NCBI RefSeq assembly: GCF_009914755.1
Contig: NC_060930.1
Direction: 5' to 3' (one strand)
Origin: the human T2T-CHM13v2.0 reference genome, Homo sapiens
Length of the DNA stretch: 64,000 nucleotides
Part shown: in pieces, positions 1 to 15,786 of the stretch
How the letters are laid out: each line of letters begins with the position of its first letter
How positions within the stretch are numbered: position 1 is the first letter of the stretch
Notes under the pieces: generated by a model
Database searches by the model: none
Told to the model about the DNA's origin: nothing
Seen by the model: the letters and a program-made list of their open reading frames with translations, nothing else
Translations under genes and position numbers: made by a program

Positions 1-869
1 TAATATTTAAAAATAACAGCAGAATGGATTTTACAGAATTTTTATCTAATTTGAAAATAAAATACATGTGACATCTCCTGAATCATTGGCATCCTGGTGT
101 GATGAACAAGCAGCCCTTTGCCCTTCATCTGTGTGAAGGGGGTCGGGTATCTGATGCCTGGGAACAGTGTGTGGACACTGCAGCTTGTATCTGAGCAGTG
201 AGCTCAGCTGCCCTGGTTCTGTAGGTCTGTGAGTAGTAATAACCTAAGCAGACATAAGATAGTGGAGACACGTCGTTTTTCATGTCATAAAATCCATGTT
301 TGCTATCAGTCTTGTTTTTGTGGTTTTACAGTGACAAGGAATGAATTTTTTTTTTTTTGGCCCTACTATTGGTAGGATATGTGAGTTTTGAACAGCCTCA
401 TGAGTTGTCTGTGTAGCAACTGATGCCATCGTTACAGCTTGTTGGTTATTGCTGGGCTTAAGCGTGAAGTGGTAAGATTTGCTGATTGTGAGCCTTCTGT
501 CTACTTTTTGTTGTAGATAATGCCACTTTTCATGGATGTAATAAATTGACAAAAGCTTTGGAAAGGACTGGCAGAGGCTGAGACCTTGGCCACTCTTTGA
601 GGGCCCTTGGCCTGCTGAGGCTAAAATTAGGGACATTTAAATAATAACATGCTACACAAATAATGAGTACACAGAATTACACAGTCAGAGAGGGAAGCTA
701 TTAACTGTATTTGAATTTCATTTGCTTCCTATAAATGTCATCTTAGATCAAGTCCTTTGGCCAGCAAAACACTCTTGATGAGATTTAAGGGACCCTGGAT
801 TCATTTCCTTAAACTTACCCCGGGCAGTAGTTGTGATGGCTAGCCTACCTTGAGTTCTCACTATTTGCC

Positions 870-1045
870 AGTTATTGTTCTAGTACTTTAGCTGTATTTA
901 ACTCATTTAATCTTCAGAACAAGCAATTTTATAGGTGAGGAAACTATATACTAAGAGTGGATTAGCAATTTGCCTACCCAGCTATTAAGTGGAAGCATGA
1001 GGATATAAGACCAGGCCTTTTGGATCAGACCTCCCATGCTTTCTG
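870..1045. mobile_element. MIR fragment
   Basis: Core-like ataggtgaggaaact ... ttgcc ... cagctattaagtggaagc. Confidence 0.6.
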
Positions 1046-1192
1046 GATTAGAGCTCCCAAGCTTGTAGCCACCACTTAGATAAGGAGAGGTAATTTTGGA
1101 GCCTTTCATAAAGATAGCATTCCAAAAATAAGAATTTGTAGGAAGACTTTACTTTTTTTAAGTAGGTATTTATTTGGAAGGAGGTAAGTGGA

Positions 1193-1511
<319 letters not shown>

Positions 1512-2098
1512 GTCAGTAAGTGAATTTTTTATTGGGAAAAAGAACCTTGGAAGGCATGGTAAGTATTTATTGACTGTGTTTCTGGGCTTTATTTATGATT
1601 TGTAATTGAATTGATAGAGGGTATCAAAAATGTAGACTGTGAATTGGTTTCCTCCTCTCTTCAGTCAGACACACAGATGCATCCGTTAGTTTCCATTTCC
1701 TCACTTAGAGTTTTGTGTTTTTAATGCTGTTGTCGTTCTGGCTGGCTGGAACTCACTGGACGGATGGTGCATGGATGTTTTGGCAACAGCTGCCAATTTG
1801 TAGCCAAGGACCAGTATTGGAAGCGCAGATGTGGGACATTCTGTAGCCAACACCCCCCAAGCCCCCTTTAAGAAATATAATTTTGAACTCCTTTCAGAAT
1901 CTTTCAGTCATTTCCAAAGATTCTTGATGTGTGTGGAATGAAATGTGGGCCCGACTGTGAATTCATTGTTAACAAAATATGTTCACACAAGTCATAAAAA
2001 CGTATTTGTGAATCAAAATAAAAAAATGTCAGGTCACATGGTCTGATTTACGTAAGTTTATTTGTGGGCCATATTTGAAATGAATGTCTGGGGTATAA

Positions 2099-2540
<442 letters not shown>

Positions 2541-2972
2541 AGTGGCTTATGCTTCAGCTTTACCGAAGTGTTGATGTCTGTGTGCTAGTCTCCTCCTCTG
2601 CAAGCTGTAGGGAGACCAGTTGCAGCTTGAGTTTTCTCTAACACTCCTGTGTCCTGGCCTCCAGACTTTTTTCTTTCCCTCTCCTGTTTCCCCTGATGTG
2701 AGGACACACTCTGCATGAAAGAAAGCTGGGTGAAATGAAGGGCTTCAATGTTGTTGAAAACAACTTATTTTTTGTTTACAAAGGAAGCTACATTTGTTGT
2801 GGAAAGGCGAGAAGGCTTGGGCTCTTTGTCTTTCAGCTGCTTTTTTGATGTAGTGATGTAGGTGGGGCATTTCTCAGATTTTCATTTTGTAAGTGTTGGA
2901 GTTTTTATTATGTGGGAGGCATTGTGGGTATAAAAACTGAGATCAAGTTGCTTACTTTGGTCAAGTCCTAAT

Positions 2973-3141
2973 ACCTTATTTCATCCCTTCTAAGATGTCA
3001 TTGAGTGATGCACCATTATGTTATGTATCAGTAAGCAAGAACAAAACAGTGCTTCCAATGATGAATGTGGGACAGCTTAATTATGAGATGCATGTTTTAA
3101 CATGAGAAAAATAGATGCAACTTAAAATCTGTGAAGCAGGA
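2973..3141. mobile_element. MER104-like DNA transposon fossil
   Basis: Degenerate TIR-like ends ccttatttcatcccttctaagatg ... cttaaaatctgtgaagcagg. Confidence 0.4.
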
Positions 3142-3179
3142 TAAAATACTGTAGGATAAATGCTTTAACAACCAAATGG

Positions 3180-3465
3180 GGCTGGGTACTGTGGCTCACG
3201 CCTGTAATCCCAGCACTTTGGGAGGCCGAGGCGGGCGGATCATGAGCCTGGCCAACATAGTGAAACCCCGTCTCCACTAAAAATACAAAAATTAGCCAGT
3301 CATGGTGGCGCACGCCTGTACTCCCAGCTACTCAGGAGGTTGAAGCAGGAGAATTGCTGGAACCCAGGAGGCAGAGGTTGTGGTGAGCCAAGATCGCACC
3401 ACTGCACTCCAGCCTAGGCAACAGAGTGAGACTTTCTCAAAAAACAGAACCAAAAACCCCAAACA
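3180..3465 (+). mobile_element. AluS with left-arm deletion
   Basis: Alu dimer with gatcatgag joined directly to cctggccaac. Confidence 0.9.
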
Positions 3466-4346
3466 AGTGTATGGGTGAGTGCAGGAGGCTAGCAGGGAGG
3501 CAGATGATGTCAGAGACCCAGTCCTAAGATACAGGAAACGTTGTATATCCATAAGCCTTGCAAAGGGGTCTTGAAAGATGCGAGAGATTTCTGAGCAAGA
3601 CCTTGGGGTGGCAGGGGTCAGCAAATATTTGACTGGTCTGTTGGTGTCATAATCTAGTGGGACAAATGGCTGCAATGGCCGGTTTCCGTGGCCAAGTCAC
3701 TTGTACTGGTCTGATGCCAAAGGAGTGGTGTGCAAAATTAAGGACTGCTAGAGCAGGAAGAGTCTTTTTAGAGGTATATAGGTCAAACTCATCATTTTAC
3801 AGATGAGGAATTTTGAGCCTTGATGAGAAACTTAACTGGAAGGAATGGATCATGCTGAAGCCTGATTGGAACCAGAAATCCAATTTAAGTGACAGTGAGG
3901 CGCCACGCTTCCTAGTAGGCATGGCTGCTTGCACGCATTTCCTGGAGCGTTAAGAATGGAGGTGCCTGAGGAGGTTAATGTGCTCCTCTTTCGGGTCACT
4001 TTGTGCTTGACACCCACTGCCCCTCTCTTTCTCTCTGCCCGCCTCCTTTGTCAGTTCTGTGAGCTGGGCTCTGTTTCCCTGATTACATCATCATTCCCAT
4101 CCAATCCTGGACGACTTTAGGAGGGACACAGCACTCAGGTAGTGTCACCTGGGTAGTGGAGTCTGTATGTGTAGGGCTATAGGGCGGAGGAGGTGGTCTG
4201 TGTAGGGAGACAGAAGGGAGGGAGAGCAGTCTGAGCTCTAGTTGGGCCTGTTTGCTACAGCCTATTTGCTTTTGCCAGTTTTTATAGGAGTTCAGTTTCA
4301 AAGAAGTGGGGAAGGCAAATGGATGGAAATTTGTTGTAGTCTAGAA

Positions 4347-4477
4347 TTTTTTTTTTTTTCTTTGAAACAGGGTCTTGCATGTTGCCCAGGCTGGCCTCAA
4401 ACCCCTGGGCTTAAGCAGTCTTCCCACCTCACCTTCTGAGACACTGGGACTACTGGCATGTATCATCATGCCCAGGT
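4347..4477 (-). mobile_element. Alu monomer (FLAM-like)
   Basis: Single arm with T tail. Confidence 0.8.
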
Positions 4478-4750
4478 TGGGATTTTTTTTTTTTTTTAAG
4501 CTGAAGCTCTTTCTATAAGGGTCTCTCTAGTTTCTTTGCGGATGAAATTAATAACTCCCCCTCCATGACATCACACTGGAAATTATCCCTCCTTCATCAT
4601 TTACCTCTCTTTACTGGTTCATTCCCACCATTGTAGAAACATGTTCTTATTTTTCCCATAATAAAGTAAAGCCTCCCTTGTTCTTGCATCTCCTGCCTGC
4701 TGTATCTTTCTCTTAGTTTATAGCAAAATCCCCCATAAGAAAATGTCTAA

Positions 4751-5542
<792 letters not shown>

Positions 5543-5764
5543 ACTTTGATTTTTTTTTTTTTTTTGGATAGGCCTCATGAAGTTAAGATGTCCCAAAGCC
5601 AACTATCTGTGAGGTCTCTCATCTGCTTCTGTTGTCCGCTTGCCCCTTCTTCCCTTTTTCAATAAGTGGCAGTTCCTTTGTTCTAGTTTTGGTGGCCAAA
5701 ACCTTGGAGTCATCTGTTACTTCTTTTTTCAGATTTTTGCATTTAGCTTTAGCTAACCTGTTTT

Positions 5765-6050
5765 ACTATTTATTTATTTATTTAGAGACAGTGTCTTGCT
5801 ATGTTGCCTAGGCTGGAGTGCAGTGGGGGCTATCACATCTCACTGCAGCCTGGGCTCCTTCCCCATTTAACATCCCGCCCCAACCCCCCGAACTCAAGTT
5901 GCTGGGACTTCAGGCATGTGCCATCATGTCCAGCAAATAGACACAGTGTTGCCCATGCTGGTCTCGAACTGCCGGGCTTAAGTGATCCTCTTTCCTGCCT
6001 TGGCCTCCCAGAGTGTTAGAATTACAGGTGTGAGCCACTTCACTAGTCCT
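5765..6050 (-). mobile_element. AluJ-like, rearranged
   Basis: (TTTA)n tail and divergent Alu arms. Confidence 0.85.
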
Positions 6051-6059
6051 TAGTGAACC

Positions 6060-6860
6060 TGTTTGAAACTCACAGTACCTTTTGATTCTGAACTTGTACT
6101 ACTGCTCCTGTTCCACGTTGTCATACTTTCTAGCTTAGGTTATGTTGCAGCCTCCCTGTGCTCGCTCAGCTTCTGCCTTTGTATTCCTCCTGGCAGCAGC
6201 CAGCATAAACCTTTAAAAATGCAAATGAGGCTGTGCTATGCTCTGTTCTGATTCTGGCATATCTGCCTATGCTCTTAATGTGAAAGCGAAATATCCTCAT
6301 GGCTGGCCACTTGATTGGGCCCCCGTATCACTCTGTTCTCATTGTCTCTGTCCCTCTTCCTGGTATTTTAAATACACAAAGCATACTCTGTTTAGCTCTA
6401 GCTGATCCTTCTATTGAGAATTCTCTCCCTTCTGGTATCTATGTGACTTGATCTCTCTGTATGTTTCAGGTTCCCCTTTAAGTGCCCCCATACCCTGGAA
6501 TGTTCCTTGAACATTCTAGTAAAAAGGGTACCTGCCTCTGTTACTCCTTAGCGCTTTACCTTATGAAGTCTGTCTGCACAGCATTTCTCACTGCCTGACA
6601 TTGTAGTACTGTGAGGGAGGGACATGTGCGTGCGTTTATTCTAATTTATTTATTTATATAGATTTTTTAATAGATTTTTTAAGATATAGTTTTTTATAGA
6701 TATTATTTTATAGATATTTATTATTTATATAGATAATTATCTAATGTGTCTAGCCACATTAGATTGTAAGCGCTTTGAGAGGAAAATTCATTTGTGTTGA
6801 CTGCTGCTTTTCCCTGTGCCTGGGATCTCCGAAGTCTGTGTTGTGTGAATGAGCATGCAG
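6060..6860 (+). mobile_element. L2 3' fragments interrupted by an AT-rich low-complexity tract (6636-6745)
   Basis: L2-end motif attagattgtaagcgctttgagagg...ttgactgctgcttttccctgtgcctgg; pyrimidine-rich L2-like body. Confidence 0.55.
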
Positions 6861-7309
6861 ACGGCTCAGTGGCCCACCTGCATGCCACCCACGTCTCTGC
6901 CGCCCCCTTTCCAGCACCTCTTGTTGCCATGCTGTGGATGTGCCACTCTCTGTTCAGGGGACTGAGAGTCTGCCAACTGGGACTCCAGATTTCATTTTAG
7001 AAATGCTCACACCGTGACACCCTAGGCCCCCAGATGTCAGCTCATCTTATTTTCCCCATTGCCAGAGGGAATGTGCATTCATAATTGTGTGATATGTCTC
7101 ACTATCATAGAGATTCTTGGAATAGGGTCAGCCTTGTGTCCTTTCTTTCTGAACCACATTCATCGCATCCCTGTTTAGGTACAAGGTATGTTGCTTGGTG
7201 GTTTAAATTACAATTGGGCTTTTAAGAAAAAGTAAAAAAATTATGTCTCTTAATTCTCAATTGATGATTTTTGTACTTTTACTAATATTTTTGGGGTTAA
7301 TTTAATGGG

Positions 7310-7508
7310 CCTTAGGTGTTAAGCAGCTTGTACAAGGCCACCTAGCAGAGAAGTGGTCAAATCAGGGTTTGAGCCCAGGTCTTCTGACTCCAGATAGCTA
7401 TCTCTCCCTCTCCCCCACCCCTCTCCCTCTCCCTGTTCTTCTCCCCCTTCCTTTCCCCCTCTCTCTCCCTCTCTCTACTTCTGTGTGGGTGTGTGTGTAT
7501 GTGTGTGT
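7310..7508. repeat. MIR fragment followed by CT-rich and (TG)n simple repeats
   Basis: agggtttgagcccaggtcttctgactccag followed by a polypyrimidine tract and GT repeats. Confidence 0.7.
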
Positions 7509-7664
7509 TTAAACTAAGGAAAGCCTGTGAAACCACATATCTCCAGTATGTCTTGTTGTGACAAGTGTACACATATAACCAAGTGAGCAACACTCCAGTG
7601 TAGATAAAATACCTTCCTATCACGCTGAAAAGGTTCCTCCTTCTCCCTTCAGTACAGTTGACAT

Positions 7665-7798
7665 GTTTGTTTGTTTGTTTGTTTAGAGACAGAGTCTTGG
7701 TCTGCCACCCAGGCTGGAGGGCGTTATAACCTCAAGATCTGGCCTCAGGTGATCCCCCCTCCTACTGGCATTACAGGCGTGAGCCACTTCGCCTGGCC
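7665..7798 (-). mobile_element. Alu remnant with large internal deletion
   Basis: (TTTG)n tail, gagacagagtcttg... joined to ...gtgagccacttcgcctggcc. Confidence 0.8.
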
Positions 7799-8475
7799 GG
7801 TTGAGTTCTTTAAATGTATTTGCTCATTGTGGAGTTCCTCAACACCACTGCCTGTATTTTTAAGAGCTGTTATGCTTATCGATGGGTTTATGATGTTTGT
7901 CCAGAATGTGCCGAATGTCTGAGAGTGTTGGGGACTGAAAGTGCCTCAAGGCCAGAGGCCCATGTGCATCCCCTTAGCAGCTCCAGAAGTGGCTTATGTA
8001 GGCACAGTGTTGGAATAAGAACCCTGCGATTGGAAAGATGATGACATTCTCAGAGTCAGACTGTCTCTTAAACTGGCATCATGGTTTTTGTTCTGAACTG
8101 TTGTGTAAACTCAGAGCAGATGGGCTTTGGAGGAGGCTTCATTCTGACTGTCTTCAGTGTCACCTTTCTCGTATAGCACATTAGCCACCACTGTTTTTAA
8201 TCTGTGAGTATTCGGAATACTCAGCCTGGGTGTGTATTAATGTTAATAATTAAAAATTCTGGAGCTAGGGTCCCAGACTTGGCTTTTTTCCCCAGAGGCA
8301 CTCTATAGAGACATCTGTAGGTCATGTCTTTTGCTAGTGCGGTGTCTTTAGTTAGACTGAATCCTGTGAGGAGCCCATGATCTCCTTGTCGCCCTTGAGG
8401 ATGCCAAGACAGTGTGCGTGTGCCTGTGGTGGGATAGGATTGCTAATCATATTCTTGCGGCTGTGGTGAAAGTCT

Positions 8476-8778
8476 GTATATTAGTCAGCTCAGGCTGCCA
8501 TAATAAATTACCTTAGACTGGGCTGCTGATATAATAGAAATTTCCATTTCTCACAGTTCTGGTGTCTGTAAGTCCAAGATCAAGGTGCAGGCCAGCTGGG
8601 TTCCTGTTGAGTGCCCTCTTCTTGGCTGGTTCCTCTGAGTCTTCCTCCTCATGCGAGGACTCCAGCCCTCTCAGGTCAGAGCCCTGTGCCCCTATGACCT
8701 TATTTACCCTCGATCACCTTCTCATGGACCTTAGGGGTTAGAGCTTCAACAGAAGACTTTGTGGGGAGTACATTACAG
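8476..8778 (-). mobile_element. MLT1-family MaLR LTR
   Basis: ttagtcagctcaggctgccataataaa...tctcacagttctgg...aagtccaagatcaaggtg signature. Confidence 0.8.
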
Positions 8779-9744
8779 TCTCTGCAGGCCTTGGACATGG
8801 TGACAATTTTATTCCAGTCTAACTGTAGATTAAATTAAACTCCATGTTAATCTGCAGCATGTTTTCTTTCTTGCTTGTGTGATACTAGAACATTTTCCTG
8901 GTAAGTCAGGAAACCCTTAGAGCTGTTTGACCTTTGAGAAGCCTGGATGGAGTAACTGCTTTTGACAGGGGGATGGCAGTTGTGATGGTCCTGGGAGGAT
9001 GTTTCTGTTGTCATAGATTATTTGGGGAAGCATTGTGGAATTATTTGAGGACTTCTGAGGTCGAGGGAATCCTATCTGTTTAACAGTAATTCATCTTATC
9101 TACCTTTTGTGACTCCCAGCCATTTTTTATTCTTGACGTGTAATAGAATAGAAAGACCCTGCAGGGTCACCAGATAGGGCTTCCTACAGCCAGAGGTGAC
9201 TTGTTTGTGAATAGGATTTATTGACGTTCTTTCTTATAGAGTGATATTGTTCCCTGCTAGAGAAAGGCTTCATGTGTTTTCTAAATCTTCGAATTCTGTG
9301 ATATGTGTATTTAAGTAGCTTTAATTACTATCAGATTTATTGTAATGGACTAGGGTAGTTTTGCTGTGCTTGTGAATGTCTTAGATCTGATTTCCCTCAA
9401 ATTTAGAGGGCCCTTTACTTAGCTTTTGGAAATAACCTGTTATTACTTGAGCCACTTTAAATGTTTAGAGTCCTGTATGGTATATCTTTAAAAGCCAGAA
9501 GAGTGATTACTAGATATGCTTCTGGGAAATTACCCTACAGTTCATAAATCCCTTAATTTACAATTTGATTTTTAAGCTCACCTGCTGCCAAATCTCATCT
9601 ATCCTTTTAGCTTCCTCTATAGGCTTTAAAATGTTTCTGTAGAGTCCCAGATTTAGCTTCTTCATAATTTCTTTCCCAAGGATGATAAAAACAGTACAAG
9701 TCTATCGTTCAAGGAGGTGTGGGGATGAGGAGAGAAACATGAGC

Positions 9745-9836
9745 TATTTTATAATATATTATAAAATATATATATATAATTTTTCTACAACAAACTATAA
9801 TATAAAATATATAAATATTTTATAATATTTTATATT
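9745..9836. repeat. AT-rich palindromic low-complexity tract
   Basis: Nearly pure A/T with inverted repeats. Confidence 0.85.
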
Positions 9837-10354
9837 CGCCAGTGACATCCCATTCTTGATTATAAACCGGCAAGGCCAAACCTGTACCCTGCCATTGACA
9901 TCCAAGGAGAGCTGTCTCTTGTGTTTCATGGTAACTTATGCCCCGCATGCTTTCAGACCCCGTAGCTTCTCTCCCTGACCTGTTACTAGTGTTCTTGCTT
10001 CATTTATGCTTTGGAGCTAATGGCTGGTTCAGCTCTTTCTGTGTATACACAGAAAGGTTGTCTTCCTGTGTGATCTGCCCTGCCCTTGTCATCTGGGTAA
10101 TCCTTAACTGAGTCCCTGTTTTCTTTCTGCAGTTAGGTGGGTGCCTGTTCATGCTTGGTACTGCCATCTTGGTGACGGGGAAGGCCACGTGCGGAGGCTC
10201 CCAGGCTAGCTTCTGGTGGTCTCTGAAGTGGTAGTCTGCTTTTAGCTTTCCATGGCTCTCAAAGTTATGCTGCCATGTGTTACATGAAGGCAGTCCAAGG
10301 TCTCCATTTTACAATCATTTAACTGTCTTTTATATTTAATCAATTTATTTAACT

Positions 10355-10550
10355 GTTTGTTTTTATTTTTTCTGTTGCCCAGGCTGTAGTGCAGTGACAC
10401 GATCTCAGCTCACTGCAGCTTGCGTGCACCGCCCCCAGCAACCCTCCCACCTCAGCCGCCTGAGTGGATGGGACTATAGGCACGTGTCACCGCCTGGATG
10501 ATTTTTAAATGTTTTGGTAGAGATGGGGTGTCACTGTATTGCCCAGGCTG
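10355..10550 (-). mobile_element. AluJ-like fragment
   Basis: Right arm plus part of the left arm. Confidence 0.8.
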
Positions 10551-13215
10551 GAACACTGTTATTTTTGATAGTCTGCTTCCATCCCATGTGATTGGGGTTT
10601 TCACCAAGGGACCCATGCTTTTGAATGCTTATTTGAAAAATAGCATCTTGCCTCCTTTGAGAGTGAATTTAGAAGAATGAATCTAGAGTGATCTGTTCCC
10701 TAGGGGCTCCCCCAGCAGTGTACCCTCCATGAGATGACTTTGTTCCTAGTGTCATTTGAAAGGGCCTTCCAGTTTGCTCAGTTGGAAAGTGTTACAGAGT
10801 TTTAAAGGGTGAGCTGGAAGGCTCTCAGCTGGCACTTTCTGAATCCCTCTGAGGAAAATGTTGGCAAACTCTTCACTCTGCCTGAACTCTTTTTATAAAT
10901 GGAGAAGCCAGGAGTTGGGAAACTACCACACAAAGTGAGGTCGAACCCTCTGTGGAAACGTGTCATTATCCTAGCTAAGACAGTGGACTATTTTATGGTA
11001 ATATGATGGTATGGACCCCCTCCCACCCTTTGATGTTTTGATGTTTCAGAGAGCCCTTCAGTTCATCTTCCTGCTACCAAAAATAGAAGTGTGTAGTGCA
11101 GCAATTTACAGTGTATTTCTATTTTTAACTGGAGAGACTTTTTTCCTAGAGATGCACATGGCTTTTAGTTTCCTTCTTTGACAACTTAAATGAGGAGGGC
11201 GGTGCTTGAGTGCTTTATTCAACAGGTGTCCCACCTTCTAAGGAAAGTCCACTTTTTTCACCCCCTGCCTCCTGCCCTTCCCTGTTTCAGAGAACAAGTT
11301 TCCACAGTAAGGAGGAGGAACTTGCCTTTGATTTATTCTCATATTTGTTGTCATCTGTCCACTTGCATTTCAGTCTGATGAGAAACCCAATGTGAGTGCG
11401 CCATGGAGCTCGAGAGGTTTCCATGCTCCTGAGCTGTCTGACTGCAGAGCCTATAGCCACTTCTGCCTAGTCCCCAGAGAAGCCTAGATATGGAGAAGAA
11501 CCCAACAGTGCTTGTTGGTGTGGGGTTCTCTATCCGTTCATCGCCGCACTGCCGCACACTCAGGTCAAGCAGGGACGTCCTTCTTAGCTCTGTCCACGTT
11601 GTGCAGCCCATGCTTGGTGCTTCTAGCCTTCTGGGGTCTCCCTTTATGGACGAATTCCAAGGGAATAGGTTAAGATTGCCATCAAGTGGCTGTTCTTGGT
11701 AGTGGATGTTGACATCCCTGCTGGCCGATTTCTTAGCCCCTCTGTGAGAAACTCTGTGCAAGGGATTGCCTGTCCTTTTGTGGGGGTAGGCAGTTGTTGA
11801 CAGAGCTCAGGTCATCTCTGGGAACGCAAGCTGGGCCTTCTCATGTGTGCTCTGTAAAACTGAAGGAAGACTGGGTTGTCCTTGGATCCATGAATACAGA
11901 CCATCAGAGATTTCCTGGAGAGAATGGCTGGGCATCTACCCTCCTGCCAGCTCAGGTCCAGTAGGCCGCAGTCCTCCAGCTCTGCTAGTGGAAATTGTTG
12001 AAGGATCACACTGTCATCCCTGTAAGTATGTCCCAGGGTCCCACCAAGGGTTCAGAAAACCGACAAACTTGATACCACCATCTGTTTGGTTTGTTGTTTT
12101 CCGTCTCAGAAAATGGGATACTAATTTTTTTTCCTTAGAGGTGGTATTCTTACGATGAATGCAGTTGATTTATTTCAGGTTCTTAGTGCCTGGAAGAATG
12201 TAAACATTTAAAAGGGCGATCATTATTGAGGTTGTAGATATACAGTACCCCGTGACTTCCTATTTGTGCTGTAGCTTTGTCATGAAGCAGGACACCTAAG
12301 GGACGGTTTTCAAGTTGGTTTGCCCCCTTCTAGGTTCTGAATGCCAATGTCTTGTAATCAGGCCTCACCCTAGGGCTTGGCGAGCTGAGACTGCTGCGGC
12401 CCTGACAAGCATGGAAGGAAGGATTGCCTCTCTAGTTTTCCCCAGCAAGGCATCCTCAGTGGTGTTGGTGAAAGCTGCCCTGTAGGCGTAGTCGGTGTTA
12501 GGTTTGTATAGGAGGGGTACCCCACAGACTATTGGGTTCTGAAGTCTCTGAGGAGCCCTAGCAGAGAGTTTCAGAGCCAGCATGTGGCATGTAATGGAGG
12601 CTAGATCTGTGCCAGCTGGGTCAGTGGGGAGGCCTGAGACAGACAGAGGGGAGAAAGTGACTGTGGGAGAGCATCCGATGGGAACAAGCTCTAAGTTAGG
12701 GTCAACAAAAGAAAATTCTTAAGGCCTATCTATTTTAGGCAGCTTTTTAGAAATGATAAAGGCTGTGTTATGCAACCATTCACTTTGCAATCTGTCAAAT
12801 CATATTAAACCAGAATTCCTGGACTGTAGCCATCTCAAGCAATATTGAATGCATCAAAAATTTGATATGTTGGAATGGGCACTGACATTGGATCGTAATT
12901 CTTGTTCTACCAGTAACTGGGTGTCTAGGAGCAAGGCATGCCTTCACTGGCATCCTCCTTATGTAAAACAAAACACTAGATCTCTTTGTCTCATTTGGTT
13001 TTGTTTCAGTGGTGAGTGGCTTTGGGGTGTTGAAGGCATGCTCCTGCTCTCCCACTTTGGTGGCTCTATCATGCTTTTGGGTCAGGGAAGCATTTGGATG
13101 CTTTTGCAGAATGTGGAGGGAAGCGAATGAGAAGTATTCTGGAGGAAATGTGCCCTTCATGGCTACTGACCCTGTCCTTTGGTGTGTGAAGGCACCAGTG
13201 CAGTGATCCCAGAGT

Positions 13216-13258
<43 letters not shown>
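13216..13258. repeat. (TG)n microsatellite, about 21 units
   Basis: Direct reading. Confidence 0.97.
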
Positions 13259-13259
<1 letters not shown>

Positions 13260-13730
13260 TGGAGGTGGCAAAATGTGAGTCCAACTTGGCCTAGGTTTTA
13301 GTGCCACTTTGTCCAGAGTATTAGTTGATGATTGCTGTCCTTCCTTTACTGTCAAGCCACGTTAAGGTGGCCTAAAACCATTTCTAATAAAAATCACCCT
13401 TTGGGATATTCGTTTGTATACGAAGTTTTCCTTACAGTTTTTAGTTTTCTGAATAAGCCTGGGGCTCTTTAACAGTTCCAATCTCTATTTCCCCTTCTCC
13501 CCTCCCCTACAAGCTAGACTGATTACCACCTCGAGCCATCTGCTGCTAAATTTAAGGTGATTTGTCAGCCTGCTGCTGCATTTGCCCCCTGAAAAGGATT
13601 CACCTTCTGTCCGACTTGCCCTGTTTATGGGGGAGGTGGTGAGGAGGGGGTTCTAAGCTTGTAACAGGGGACGACAGAGGGATGAGGGACTGCTGCAGAC
13701 ATGTTGGTCAGCATGGTCAGCAGTATAGGT

Positions 13731-14237
<507 letters not shown>

Positions 14238-15505
14238 ATAGAGGCAGGATACGCATGAAATGGTGGTGAAATTCTTCCTGTGTATCCCTATGCTCTGTTC
14301 TTGCTTTTGGCAGGAAGTCTTTCTGGGTATTCTTTCAGCTATCCTCATGGTGTGTTATGTAGACAATTCTGACAAAGTTAAAAAAATTGATATTTTACTC
14401 AAATGCCTTTTAGTCTTTTGGGCAATGTTAGAATATGTTTGCCCATGGTATCTGTGCCACTATAATGAGAAGATAATAAACTACAGCCTAGCAATTTATT
14501 GCTGAGTTCAAAATTATCTTTGTCTACCTTTGTCATTTACCTTATGTAGGTTTTCCCTTAGCTCCACGTAAATAATGTTGGTAGCTCCATCTCATTTCCA
14601 TCATTGAGTAATTCTCTTGTGATTGACTCTACTTCTGTGCTGTTGACACAGCCAGTTTCCCTGTGATACCATGTAAATTTTAAAATTGCCTTTCACCATA
14701 TTACTAAAGAAAGTCATCTGAATTGTGGAAAAATTCAAGATTTCAGAAAACTGTAAAAGATTGCCACTGGAGAGAATACCATAAATGATGTTCCATATTT
14801 ATCGTTGCAGCACTTGGGTTATTTCTGGTCTTCTCCATGATGTATGAAGCTTTTAAGGAAAATGCCAGGAAGAATATACACGAAATTGTTAACAGTGATT
14901 ACTGGTATATTGGGACTTGGATGATTTCACTGCGTAAATAAGAGGAGGAGGATTCTAGGTAGTTTTGACATTTATTTAAATGTTTAGTAACAGAATGAGG
15001 TTACGTTAGCAGGATATAAAAGGCACATATTTTGAGAAAGACGCAAAACTGCTTTAGTTACAGAAACAAAATCAGCCTCCAAACAAAAAAACAAAAACTG
15101 TAAAATTGTAATTAATAAAGGCCCAAGTATCTAGAAAACATCGTATGTCTAGATTTCTGCTTGTTAAATTCAGTGCTCGTGAAATTATATTTCATCTGAA
15201 AATCTGAAGATGAGGTCTTCTACTTCCGAGGAATTTCTCATTTTAATCAGTGAGTGCTGAGATCTCATAATTTATTGTAAAGTATATGAGCTATGTCTAG
15301 TCTAATAATTTCAAACATAAAGAGAGTTCTTTGACACATTTGCCTTTCCCAGAGAATGTTGAATGTTAGGTGCTTTGTATGTAGGGTGGGACTTCCCAGA
15401 TAAGAGCACCTCAGGCTTACGCAGCCCTGGATTGGCCTTGAGACACAGCTTACTCTTTGACAGCATAAATGCAATGCAGCATTGGAGGGTTATTGAGATG
15501 AGCAA

Positions 15506-15786
15506 GGCGAATGCAGTGGCTCATGCTCATAATCCCAGCACTTTGTGCGGCTGGGGTGCCTCGGGAGGATCGCTTCAGGCCTGGGCAGCTTGGCGAAACA
15601 CCATCTTCACAAAAAATATAAAAAATTAGCTGGGTGTGGTGGCGCCTACCTGTAGTACAGCTACTTGGGAGGTTGAGGTGGGAGGATTGGTTGAGCCCGG
15701 AAGGTCGACGCTGTAGTGAACCTAGATTGCGCTACTTGACTGCAGCGTGGGACACAGAGCAAGACCCTGTCTCAAAGCAAAACAAA
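15506..15786 (+). mobile_element. AluJ-like
   Basis: Divergent dimer; TSD agatga(g/a)caa. Confidence 0.88.

Noticed and set aside
1181-1189. Perfect + strand donor GAG|GTAAGT (also AAG|GTAAGT near 59063)
   Set aside because: No convincing upstream acceptor or polypyrimidine tract; isolated consensus donors are expected by chance in 64 kb.
12795-13355. 186-aa minus-strand ORF
   Set aside because: Runs through a (CA)n repeat (HTHTHT), has no recognisable domain and no supporting splice or promoter structure.
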